Shown piece after piece: positions 9,916 through 18,477 of a DNA stretch of 34,812 bases. The DNA lies in NCBI GenBank assembly GCA_012799795.1, contig JAAZKO010000016.1:1-34812 (forward strand). Direction: 5' to 3'. A program made the translations under genes and the position numbers. The notes under the pieces were generated by a model. It made no database searches. It was not told the DNA's origin and saw only the letters and a program-made list of their open reading frames with translations. This stretch comes from Minisyncoccota bacterium. Its GTDB lineage: Bacteria; Patescibacteriota; Microgenomatia; UBA1400; PJMF01. The number at the start of each line of letters is the position of its first letter. Within the stretch, counting starts at the first letter, position 1.

Positions 9916-11182
9916 AAACAACGATCGTCGGACTTTCTTTAATCTCTTAATCACTTATCTATTTTTGTTTTTAATCTGGACTTTATTCTCTTTTGTTTTT
10001 ACTGACCCTAATTTAACATTAATTAATAGACAAGCATTTATTGCTTGTCAAAATTTTTTATGGCAAAATATTTTACCCAATACCTATTTGAGGGTTGGCA
10101 CATATTTAACATTAACCGGTGCTTTAATGATTAATTATCTTTATTTAATTAAATTTTGGCCAAAAAAAATCAAGTTTTTTGATAAAAAAATAATAATTAC
10201 TCTATTACCTCTATTTTTAATCTTATTAATTAGCTATAACGCTTTATCTCATGATCTTTTTAATTATATTTTTAATGCGCGAATCTTAATTAAATATGGA
10301 ACTAATCCGCATCGTGTAGCAGCTTTAAATTTTCCTAACGACCTTTGGTTGCGTTTTATGCATAATGTGCATACTACAGCACCCTATGGACAAGCATGGA
10401 CTATTATTTCTCTTATTCCTTACTTTTTTGGCTTTAATAAATTTTTATTAACTTATTTAAGTTTTAAATTTTTTGCTTTTTTAGGAATGCTACTTAGTTA
10501 TTTTTTCTTAAATAAATTATTAAACAAAAAAGAAAATAAAAATTTTAAACTCGCTTTATTATTTCTCAATCCCTTAATTTTGATTGAAACACTCGCTAAT
10601 GCTCATAACGATTGGTGGATGATGTGGCCAGTATTAGCCAGTTTTTTAATAGCTAAAAAATTCATTCAAGAAAAAAATAAAAATTATTTCTGGATCATAT
10701 TAATTGTTTTATTAATGTTTTTTTCAGTCTTTACAAAATTTGCTAGTTTAGTAGCTATTCCCTTTCTTATTTACTATCTTTCTAAAAATCACTTGGAAAA
10801 ATTGCTAATTTTTAAAACTAAGTTTCCGGAAAAAATTAAACATTTTATTGATCAATATTTTTGGGATTTAATTAGCATTAGCTTTTTTTTACCACTTTTG
10901 ACTAAGCGTTCACAGTGCTTTTTGACTTGGTATTTAATTTGGCCAATGGCTTTTCTACCACTACTAAAAAGCAAGTGTTGGCGCAATAATTTATTAATTT
11001 TTTCATTTAGCGCCTTACTAAGTTATGTGCCGTGGATCCTTTATCTGCCTTGGTTAAATTTTGAGCATGCTTTAGCTAATGTTTTGCTATATAAACAAGT
11101 AATATTATGGTCATCACCTCTAATTTATAATTTATTTCTTTTACTTAATTTAATTATTAAAAATGTTAAAAATAAACGCTAA
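9908..11182 (+). CDS. GT-C membrane glycosyltransferase, MptA/MptB alpha-mannosyltransferase-like
   Basis: SHDLFNYI, TTAPYG and LNPLILIE...NAHND motifs in a polytopic membrane protein. Confidence 0.72.
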   Translation: MIKNNDRRTFFNLLITYLFLFLIWTLFSFVFTDPNLTLINRQAFIACQNFLWQNILPNTYLRVGTYLTLTGALMINYLYLIKFWPKKIKFFDKKIIITLLPLFLILLISYNALSHDLFNYIFNARILIKYGTNPHRVAALNFPNDLWLRFMHNVHTTAPYGQAWTIISLIPYFFGFNKFLLTYLSFKFFAFLGMLLSYFFLNKLLNKKENKNFKLALLFLNPLILIETLANAHNDWWMMWPVLASFLIAKKFIQEKNKNYFWIILIVLLMFFSVFTKFASLVAIPFLIYYLSKNHLEKLLIFKTKFPEKIKHFIDQYFWDLISISFFLPLLTKRSQCFLTWYLIWPMAFLPLLKSKCWRNNLLIFSFSALLSYVPWILYLPWLNFEHALANVLLYKQVILWSSPLIYNLFLLLNLIIKNVKNKR

Positions 11183-12689
11183 GCAAAAACACTATCTAGT
11201 CTTTGTTTTAATTTTGGTCTTTTATTTTATATTGACTTTATTTCAATTAAATAAATTGCCAGTTTTTGGTGATGAAGCAATTTATATTCGCTGGACTCAA
11301 TTAATTATTGATGATTGGCAACGCTATTTATTTTTCCCTATGAATGACGGTAAAACTCCCTTACAAATGTGGTTGATGATCCCCTTTCAATTTATTTTTA
11401 AAAATCAATTATTTGCTGGTAGATTTCTCTCTGTTTTGATTGGCGCTGGAAATCTTTTAACAATTGGCTTAATCACTAAAGAAATGAGCAGTCGCGAGAA
11501 AGGTAGAAATCTGAGCCAATATTTAGCCATGTTTTTTACCAGTATTCTATCTTTTACTTTCTTTCATCATCGTATGGCCTTAACCGACGCTCTATTGTTT
11601 TTAAACCTTAATTTAAGTTTTTTCTTCACTTTAAAATTTATAAAAAAACAAAAATTTTTCTATTTAGTCCTATTAGTTTTGAGTTTTTTCTTAGCTTTAT
11701 TTAGTAAGCTAAGCGCACTTTTATTTATTCCAAGTTTATTAGTATTGCTTTTTTACTCAAAAAAGTTTTCCTTGAAAAAATTTATAAAGGATGCTTTTCT
11801 CTTATTATTAGCGCTAGCAATCGGCTTTTCTTTATTTTATGGTTTGCGCTTCTTACCGGTTTTCCCGCAATTGTTTAAAAGAGGCGGAGATTTTTTATAC
11901 CCATTTGAAATCCTGTTCAAAAAAGAAATTTTTAAGATATTTTTTGGAAATTTAAATTTTTTTATTGATCAATTTTTGGCCTATTTTGGACTAGCGCTAT
12001 TAATTCTCTCTATTGCTAATTTCAACAAAAAGAATAAGCAGACAGTAATTTTATTGTTATTGGCCTTAATGGCTTATGTTATTCCTCTAGCACTGTTAGG
12101 CAAAATCATTTATCCTCGCTACTTACTCCCCACTAGTCTTTTTATTATCGTCCTTGCTAGTTTAAATTTAGCAAATTTGATAAAAGAAAAATTGAAAATT
12201 TACCAAATTTTAGCTGGGCTTTTATTTATTTTGACAATCTTTCATAGTAGCAAATTCATCCTAACTAATTACTTTGATATTGATCAAATACCTTTCAGCA
12301 AAGCTGATCGTGTCCAATACTTGGAGGAGTGGTCAAGTGGACAAGGGATTTACGATGTAACTCAACTAATGTTAAGCACCAGCAAAAAACAAAGCTTAGC
12401 AGTCGCTACAGAGGGCTATTTTGGCACCTTGCCCGATGGGATACTCATGTATCTGCACCGCCAAAATGTTGATAATCTGATGGTGGATGGCATTGGACAG
12501 CCAATTCATTCTATTCCTGAGGATTTTTTACTCAAAGCCAATAATTACGACAAACTGTGGCTAGTAGTTAATTCTCATCGTTTAAAAATGGAATTAAATA
12601 GTGATTATCTGATAAAAGAATATTGTCGACCTAATAATGCTCCTTGTTTACAAGTTTGGGATCTAAGCTATTTACTTAATAATAAGTAA
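11163..12689 (+). CDS. GT-C fold membrane glycosyltransferase (GT39/PMT-like)
   Basis: PVFGDEAIYIRW (DE motif after TM1), DGKTPL, GRFLSV, RMALTD and YPRYLLP, with a soluble C-terminal domain. Confidence 0.82.
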   Translation: MLKINAKQKHYLVFVLILVFYFILTLFQLNKLPVFGDEAIYIRWTQLIIDDWQRYLFFPMNDGKTPLQMWLMIPFQFIFKNQLFAGRFLSVLIGAGNLLTIGLITKEMSSREKGRNLSQYLAMFFTSILSFTFFHHRMALTDALLFLNLNLSFFFTLKFIKKQKFFYLVLLVLSFFLALFSKLSALLFIPSLLVLLFYSKKFSLKKFIKDAFLLLLALAIGFSLFYGLRFLPVFPQLFKRGGDFLYPFEILFKKEIFKIFFGNLNFFIDQFLAYFGLALLILSIANFNKKNKQTVILLLLALMAYVIPLALLGKIIYPRYLLPTSLFIIVLASLNLANLIKEKLKIYQILAGLLFILTIFHSSKFILTNYFDIDQIPFSKADRVQYLEEWSSGQGIYDVTQLMLSTSKKQSLAVATEGYFGTLPDGILMYLHRQNVDNLMVDGIGQPIHSIPEDFLLKANNYDKLWLVVNSHRLKMELNSDYLIKEYCRPNNAPCLQVWDLSYLLNNK

Positions 12690-12770
12690 ATCTTGCTCAA
12701 AACTTTAACTTAATTTTATCTTTTTCCAATAAACTAGTTTCTATTAATTGTTTTAGAAAGGAGTTCTTTA

Positions 12771-13412
12771 ATGAAACACTTCACATATTTTGATTTTTTT
12801 AAACATGCTGCGAGCAGTCCTCTATCTAATATTTTATTAAACAGTCAATTAGCCCTAAGTGATCAGGAAAGCAAGGAAGAAAGTTTAAAAAGAATTTTAC
12901 TCAGCGCTAATTACATTAGAGATTTACTCAATAGCAATGAAGAAGAAGATCAAAAATTATTTTTAGTTAATGATGCGCTGGTAGAAATAATTTTGCTAAA
13001 CCAATGTTTCCACCAAAATGTTTCTTATAGTAAAAAATTGACTCAAAGTACTAATATTAAATTGGCTGCCAATAAATTGCTTTTTCAAGAGGTTATTAAT
13101 TGTCTATTAAATAATGCAGTCGAAGCTTATCAAACAAATAAGTTAAATAAAATTGTATTAATTAAAACACAAATTAAAAATAAGAATTTAGAAATAGGTA
13201 TTACTGATGGAGGAAGTGGCCTAACTTGGTTTCAACAACAATTAATTGCTAAAAAGTTTTATTCACTCAAAGATGAGCATCAAGGAGTTGGTTTATTTTA
13301 TGCAAAAAGAATTATAAAAAATAAATTTTCTGGAAAAATTAAATTTCTAAGTAAAAAAAATCAGGGTTCTACGGCTATCGTGCAGATTCCTCTTTATTAC
13401 AGTCCAAAATGA
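12771..13412 (+). CDS. cytoplasmic histidine kinase core (H-box plus HATPase) with no sensor or TM domain
   Basis: H-box-like FKHAASSPLSNI at residue 13, N-box NCLLNNAVEA, G1 ITDGGSG, F-box KFYSLK, G2 GVGLFYAKRII and GSTAIVQIP. Strong SD (GAAAGGAG) upstream. Confidence 0.8.
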   Translation: MKHFTYFDFFKHAASSPLSNILLNSQLALSDQESKEESLKRILLSANYIRDLLNSNEEEDQKLFLVNDALVEIILLNQCFHQNVSYSKKLTQSTNIKLAANKLLFQEVINCLLNNAVEAYQTNKLNKIVLIKTQIKNKNLEIGITDGGSGLTWFQQQLIAKKFYSLKDEHQGVGLFYAKRIIKNKFSGKIKFLSKKNQGSTAIVQIPLYYSPK

Positions 13413-14064
13413 AACCATAATCACGAATTGTTTTAACAAGCCCACTAAATCGGCCTATTTTCAACCTAATTCGTCTCACGTAGACGTTGAGGGTTCTCTG
13501 TTGAGGAATATTATCTGTTCTGGGCCAGACATAGTCGATTAGAGTCTGATAACTAACAGCTTGATTTTGATGTATTAATAAACACTCTAGTATTTGCCTC
13601 TCTTTTTTGGGCAAATAAAAGCAATCTGCATTTTCCAGATCTTGCAATAGACCGGCATCGTTTAAATAAAAATAAGGGCAAATATAGCGTTCTTCTTGCC
13701 TGCACTTTGATCTAGATAATAAGTTAGTAACTTTTAATAGAAGTTCCTTAACAACAAATGGTTTGGCTAAAAAATCGTCAGCGAGCTTTAAAGCCATGAG
13801 CCTATCAACTAATAATTTTTTTTGACTAATCAACAAAACCCTAACAAAACTCTGCTCAGCCCTTAATCCTACAAGAAAATCCAAGCCATCTTCTCTATTG
13901 ATAAAGCGATCAAAAATTAGAAGATCATAATCATTATTATCAATTAGCTCCCCTGCTCTTTCCAGTTCATGAGCTAAATCTACGTGATATTTTGACTTTA
14001 TTAATACTTGCTTAAGAGTTTTAAGTAAGATGAGGTCGTCTTCTAAAACTAAGATTTTAAACAT
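13375..14064 (-). CDS. OmpR/PhoB-family response regulator
   Basis: ILVLEDD, phosphoacceptor LLIFD, DGLDFL, ADDFLAKPF and the winged helix RTLNVYVRRIRLKI...KTIRDYGF. Confidence 0.92.
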   Translation of the reverse strand: MFKILVLEDDLILLKTLKQVLIKSKYHVDLAHELERAGELIDNNDYDLLIFDRFINREDGLDFLVGLRAEQSFVRVLLISQKKLLVDRLMALKLADDFLAKPFVVKELLLKVTNLLSRSKCRQEERYICPYFYLNDAGLLQDLENADCFYLPKKERQILECLLIHQNQAVSYQTLIDYVWPRTDNIPQQRTLNVYVRRIRLKIGRFSGLVKTIRDYGFILDCNKEESAR

Positions 14065-14159
14065 CTATTTAATTAGCCTTCTGTTATATAATAATTAAGT
14101 TGATTTTAACAAAGAAAGTTAAAGTTAAATTAAAATTTATAAAGAGATTTTAGAAATTA

Positions 14160-14230
14160 TCCCGGGTAGTGAAATGGCATCACCATTGACTCTGAATCAA
14201 TTATTCCAGGTTCGAATCCTGGCCCGGGAT
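14160..14230 (+). tRNA. tRNA-Gln (anticodon CTG), CCA not encoded
   Basis: Acceptor stem TCCCGGG/CCCGGGA, D-stem GTGA/TCAC, anticodon arm ATTGA-CTCTGAA-TCAAT and T-arm CCAGG-TTCGAAT-CCTGG, followed by T-CAA. Confidence 0.95.
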
Positions 14231-14266
14231 CAAATATGATCAGTCTAAATGGTGTAAAATCAAATT

Positions 14267-14608
14267 ATGATAAAACTAAAAAGAGCATACGATGAGGCTA
14301 CAAAAAACGATGGTTTTAGAGTCCTAGTCGATAGACTTTGGCCAAGAGGAATCTCAAAAGAGAAGGCTCATTTAAATTTGTGGATGAAAGATATAGCTCC
14401 GAGCACCACTCTTCGGAAGTGGTTTAAACATGATCCGAAAAAGTGGTTGGGATTTCAAGAAAAATATAAAAAAGAGTTGATGAAAAATAAAGAACTTATT
14501 GAACAGTTAAAAGAATACGAAAAAAAACATAAAATTCTCACCCTTGTATATGCTGCCAAAGACACAGAACACAATGAGGCAGTTATTTTACTAGATTTAC
14601 TCAAATAG
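14267..14608 (+). CDS. DUF488 family protein (YeaO-like)
   Basis: IKLKRAYD, DGFRVLVDRLWPRGISKE, WMKDIAPSTTLRKWFKHDP and TLVYAAKDTEHNEA. Confidence 0.92.
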   Translation: MIKLKRAYDEATKNDGFRVLVDRLWPRGISKEKAHLNLWMKDIAPSTTLRKWFKHDPKKWLGFQEKYKKELMKNKELIEQLKEYEKKHKILTLVYAAKDTEHNEAVILLDLLK

Positions 14609-14657
14609 TTACAAAACTAATTACTCACTTTTACTAAAATTACGATCCCTAATCAAA

Positions 14658-15581
14658 TCAAATTTTAAAAACAATTTTTTTATCTAGCTTTGGCTCGGCA
14701 AGTATAAAGGAATTTTTGATTTTAAGACAAACAATTGTTTGCTTATTTGTTTTATTAGTAATTTCAATTTTCTTATGAAAATATTCTTTCATCATTTGAT
14801 TGGCTAAATAAAATTTTAATTTAAACTGCTTCATTTCTTCATTATTAAAAGAATTGATTTCAATTAAGCCCTTTATGCTTTTAGCATTAGTCAGTCCAAC
14901 ATTGTCTTCGATGAAAATTTTTAATAAATAAGGAGTTCTTGTAAAATAAATTTTTAGATATTTTGCTTTTTTATTAATTGAAATTAAAGACTCAATGCTG
15001 CTTAAAAGAATCGTATTAATAATTCTTAATAATTGATCTTGATAGGCAAAAATACGATATTCTCTTGAGCTGGTGAATTCCAGTTTAATATTATTGAGCT
15101 TTAAGGTGTCTTGATAAAAAGATAATAATGAACAGATCTCTTCTGTTAGGGCAAAAAGTCTTTTGTCATTTTTTTGCACTAGCTGTTTGTTTAATAAATA
15201 TTCTCTTTTTTTTATTGTTAATAATAGCCGGTCTGCTTTGCTCAAATATTGTTTAAATAATTGTTTATCTTTTAAAAAAACTGGATCTTTAAAACTGTCC
15301 AAAATTAAACGTAAAGAAGTCAATAGATTTTTTTGACTATTGATTGAAAAAAGCGCAATTTTGGCTGTATCTAGTAAAACAGCTGTTTTTTGACAATAAT
15401 TTTCCTGAAATTTAATCAGGGCTTTAAATTTATTGGTCCAAAATAAATAGTCAATAATATAAAAAATCAAAATGATAATTAACAATGAAATTAAGATTAG
15501 AGAAAACTCTATGAACAATAGAGCTAAACTTGGCCGACAACCCTGTTGCCAACAAAAAATTTTAAAAATCAGAAAAAGCAT
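14658..15581 (-). CDS. membrane-anchored degenerate histidine-kinase-like protein (putative pseudokinase)
   Basis: N-terminal TM helix and a DHp-like helix lacking His (SINSQKNLLTSL). The HATPase remnants (QLLRIINTILLSSIES, KIFIEDNVG) lack a G2 box. The start is uncertain. Confidence 0.6.
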   Translation of the reverse strand: MLFLIFKIFCWQQGCRPSLALLFIEFSLILISLLIIILIFYIIDYLFWTNKFKALIKFQENYCQKTAVLLDTAKIALFSINSQKNLLTSLRLILDSFKDPVFLKDKQLFKQYLSKADRLLLTIKKREYLLNKQLVQKNDKRLFALTEEICSLLSFYQDTLKLNNIKLEFTSSREYRIFAYQDQLLRIINTILLSSIESLISINKKAKYLKIYFTRTPYLLKIFIEDNVGLTNAKSIKGLIEINSFNNEEMKQFKLKFYLANQMMKEYFHKKIEITNKTNKQTIVCLKIKNSFILAEPKLDKKIVFKI

Positions 15582-16527
15582 TAGCCTTCATTTTATTTTT
15601 TATATCTTTAAAGATTTTTTCTTGACGGTCAAATTGATTAAAATGAGCCTGCTGAAGATTTATAAAGTAATCTTCTTTACCAAATAAAAGATATCGATAA
15701 ATATTTTGCAAGGCATAAAAAAATACATTGACTAACCATAAACAATAATCAAATATTTTATTCTTTGAGCCTAAATTAGGCTCATTTTCAGGCCCCAAAG
15801 CAAGCAGCTCCGCAAATTGTTTGTTATTTAACAATATTTTTTCTTTTAAATTGTCTCTGTCAAATAAAGAACGCATTTGTTTAAGTTCATAGGCTTGATA
15901 AATTGAAAAGCCCCTATTAACAATGTCTAGAGAGCTTTCATCCAGCCATAAGTTGAGACACCAAGCTTGTTTATTATTGTTTTTTGCTTGCGCATCTATT
16001 TGTGGCTGTTTGCCTAATATCTTGGCCAATAAAATCACAAAAAATCGAGAAATCCACAGAGTATTTTTTTTCACAATTAAACAAAAATCTAAATCATCAT
16101 CTAGATCAGCATTGTTTAAGGCACTAGAACCGGTTAAGAAAACAGCTTTGATGCTTGGAAAACGCTGTAAGTAATTACTTGCCTGATTAATAGCGGATTG
16201 CCTATTTTTGGCCATTGTTTTTTTACTTGACCTTAATCCCACTAAGTCCTGACGACCTTTCAAAAAATAATAAACAGTTTTTCCTTTAGCTAAACTAGCA
16301 ATTTTTTCTTTTTTTTCTAAACTCTCTAAACTCTTTTGTAACAGAGCCTTATCTCGCTTAAGCATTAACTTGTTAGTTGTGAGTTTCTGGCCAATTAAAA
16401 ATCGCCAATCCCAAACTTTTGCTAAACGCTGATGAATTTCTTTTTTTGTTAAAGGAAAATTAAAATAGTCACTATAGCTAAGCGTAAAAAAAACAGCGTG
16501 GTCTAAATCACTAAAATAAACAGACAC
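15562..16527 (-). CDS. nucleotidyltransferase-domain protein (pol-beta-like GS...DxD) with a putative N-terminal helical/wHTH region
   Basis: VFLTGSSALNNADLDDDLDFCLIV, N-terminal YSDYFNFPLTKKEI and downstream CLNLWLDE. The GTG start is supported by TATGAT 6 nt upstream. Confidence 0.68.
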   Translation of the reverse strand: MSVYFSDLDHAVFFTLSYSDYFNFPLTKKEIHQRLAKVWDWRFLIGQKLTTNKLMLKRDKALLQKSLESLEKKEKIASLAKGKTVYYFLKGRQDLVGLRSSKKTMAKNRQSAINQASNYLQRFPSIKAVFLTGSSALNNADLDDDLDFCLIVKKNTLWISRFFVILLAKILGKQPQIDAQAKNNNKQAWCLNLWLDESSLDIVNRGFSIYQAYELKQMRSLFDRDNLKEKILLNNKQFAELLALGPENEPNLGSKNKIFDYCLWLVNVFFYALQNIYRYLLFGKEDYFINLQQAHFNQFDRQEKIFKDIKNKMKANAFSDF

Positions 16528-16573
16528 CCAGTTATCATAAACTATCAGCTAAAAATTCGCTATAATAAGAGCT

Positions 16574-17341
16574 ATGAGAATTTATTCATGGAACGTCAAT
16601 GGTATTAGAGCAATTATGAAAAAGGGTTTTTTGGATTGGATTGAAGATGAAAAACCAGACATTTTGTGTGTCCAAGAAACTAAGGCTCATCCCGATCAAT
16701 TGAGTTTTGAATTAAAAGAAGTAGATGACTATCAAGTTCATTTTGCTAGTGCAAAAAAGGCTGGTTACAGCGGTACAGCCACTTATTCAAGGATGCAAAC
16801 AAAAAAAGTTCAAATCGGTTTAGGTGAAAAACGTTTTGATCAAGAGGGTCGAACTATTATTAGTTATTATCCAAATTTTGTTTTATTTAATATTTATTTT
16901 CCCAACGGTAAAGCCAGTAAAGAACGATTAGCCTATAAAATGGATTATTATTATTTTCTATTAGATTATTTAAAAAAAATAAAAAAAGAGCAAAAAAATA
17001 TTATTATTACTGGAGATGTTAACACTGCCCATAAAGAGATCGATCTGGCTAGACCGAAAGCTAATGAGAAAATTTCTGGTTTCTTGAAAGAAGAGAGAGA
17101 GTGGATTGACCAACTACTCGATTCTGGTTTTATTGATAGTTATCGCCACTTTTATCCAAAAAAAACTGACGCTTATACCTGGTGGAGTTTGAGGACTGCT
17201 GCTCGAAAACGGAATGTGGGTTGGAGAATCGATTATTTTCTTATTAGTGAACCTTTAATTAAAAACCTAAAGGCTGCCAAAATTCATGATCAGGTAAAAG
17301 GCTCAGATCATTGTCCAATTTCGATCGAAGTTCAATTTTGA
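16574..17341 (+). CDS. xth: exodeoxyribonuclease III / AP endonuclease
   Basis: SWNVNGIRA, CVQETK, GYSGTA, NIYFPNG, GDVNTAH, YTWWS, GWRIDY and GSDHCP. Confidence 0.96.
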   Translation: MRIYSWNVNGIRAIMKKGFLDWIEDEKPDILCVQETKAHPDQLSFELKEVDDYQVHFASAKKAGYSGTATYSRMQTKKVQIGLGEKRFDQEGRTIISYYPNFVLFNIYFPNGKASKERLAYKMDYYYFLLDYLKKIKKEQKNIIITGDVNTAHKEIDLARPKANEKISGFLKEEREWIDQLLDSGFIDSYRHFYPKKTDAYTWWSLRTAARKRNVGWRIDYFLISEPLIKNLKAAKIHDQVKGSDHCPISIEVQF

Positions 17342-17342
17342 T

Positions 17343-18470
17343 TTAAAGAGAAAAATATTTTTTTAGATTTTGCCAAAATTCAGCAATTTTTTGCTCATTA
17401 TTTGTTAAAGAATTTTCTAAAATAAAAAGTTGACCGTGCTGGTGGTTAGTAATTGCCTGTTCAATTATTTTTTTCTTTTTAGCAAAATTATACTGACTTG
17501 CTAAGCGTCGCTTAATTTGATCTTTACTTAAGCCACGCTTTGTTAAACGTTCTTCTTGGGTTTTTTCATCAACATCTAACAAAATTAAATTATAATTGCT
17601 CAGATCCATCATTTTTGTTTCAGCCAAAAGGGCAGCGTTCAAAATGATCAAACCTTCTTTATTTTTCAATTCTTTACGCAACCTCACTAAAATTGGCGTA
17701 TACATAATTTCGTTTAATTTAGTCAGCTTTTTACTGTCAGCAAAAACAATTTCGCCTAAGGCTTTTCTATCTATACCTTTATTTTTACTTACCTCTTGAC
17801 CAAAATTTTTAATAATATCTCGTCTAACTAATTCATATTTTTCTTCACTTAAGTCTTCTTGAATTTGTTGGGCAATTAGATCTAATTCAATATTGTGAGC
17901 AAGAACATTATCTTTTTGCGCCAATTTAACTAATAATTCTCCAACATAACTCTTGCCACTGCCAATTTCCCCGGTTAAGCCAATGATGTATTGTTTTGAC
18001 AACTTTTTTTCTAAAGATTGTTTTACATAAGGACTAACATAATCATGAATTAGCCCCTGATCTTTTTGAATTTCTTTAACCGCACTTGAGCTAATATGAG
18101 ATAGTTCTGGTCTAGTAAATAATAAAAAAGTATCAATCCCTAAGCGCTGACTCTCACTTATTAGATGCGAATTGTGTTCGTACTCAAAATCTTGATTAGT
18201 TCTCACTCCCTTAATAATCACATTAACATTATTCTCATAAGCAAAATCAACCAATAGACCGGTAAACGAAGAAACTTTAACATTTTTTAGATTTGCCAAA
18301 CTGCGGCGGGCCATTTCTTCTCTTTCTTCTAGAGAAAATAGATAGTTTTTTAAGCGATTAATACCAATAGCGACGATTAATTGATCAAATGCCTTAGCAG
18401 CTCGTTTAATAATATCCAAATGTCCATGTGTAATTGGGTCGCCAGAAAGGGCATATAAGGCTCTTGTCAT
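17343..18470 (-). CDS. coaD: bifunctional phosphopantetheine adenylyltransferase / dephospho-CoA kinase (CoaD-CoaE fusion)
   Basis: N-terminal DPITHGHLDIIKRA, FTGLLVDF, IKGVR and HISSSAVKE (CoaD), then IIGLTGEIGSGKS, IDRKALGEIVFAD and RLASQ (CoaE), in one uninterrupted frame. ATG at 18470 preferred over TTG at 18485. Confidence 0.92.
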   Translation of the reverse strand: MTRALYALSGDPITHGHLDIIKRAAKAFDQLIVAIGINRLKNYLFSLEEREEMARRSLANLKNVKVSSFTGLLVDFAYENNVNVIIKGVRTNQDFEYEHNSHLISESQRLGIDTFLLFTRPELSHISSSAVKEIQKDQGLIHDYVSPYVKQSLEKKLSKQYIIGLTGEIGSGKSYVGELLVKLAQKDNVLAHNIELDLIAQQIQEDLSEEKYELVRRDIIKNFGQEVSKNKGIDRKALGEIVFADSKKLTKLNEIMYTPILVRLRKELKNKEGLIILNAALLAETKMMDLSNYNLILLDVDEKTQEERLTKRGLSKDQIKRRLASQYNFAKKKKIIEQAITNHQHGQLFILENSLTNNEQKIAEFWQNLKKYFSL

Positions 18471-18477
18471 AAAGAAA

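Noticed and set aside
14160..14230. tRNA as an amber suppressor
   Set aside because: The anticodon loop is CT-CTG-AA (CUG, Gln), not CUA, and the anticodon stem is a normal 5 bp.
15562..16527. CBASS cyclase or MNT-HEPN toxin-antitoxin system
   Set aside because: No Cap effector or HEPN (Rx4-6H) partner is adjacent, and only the generic NTase motif is recognisable.
14231..16560. Integrated mobile element or prophage at the tRNA
   Set aside because: No integrase, transposase, phage gene or duplicated tRNA 3' end (att site) was seen.
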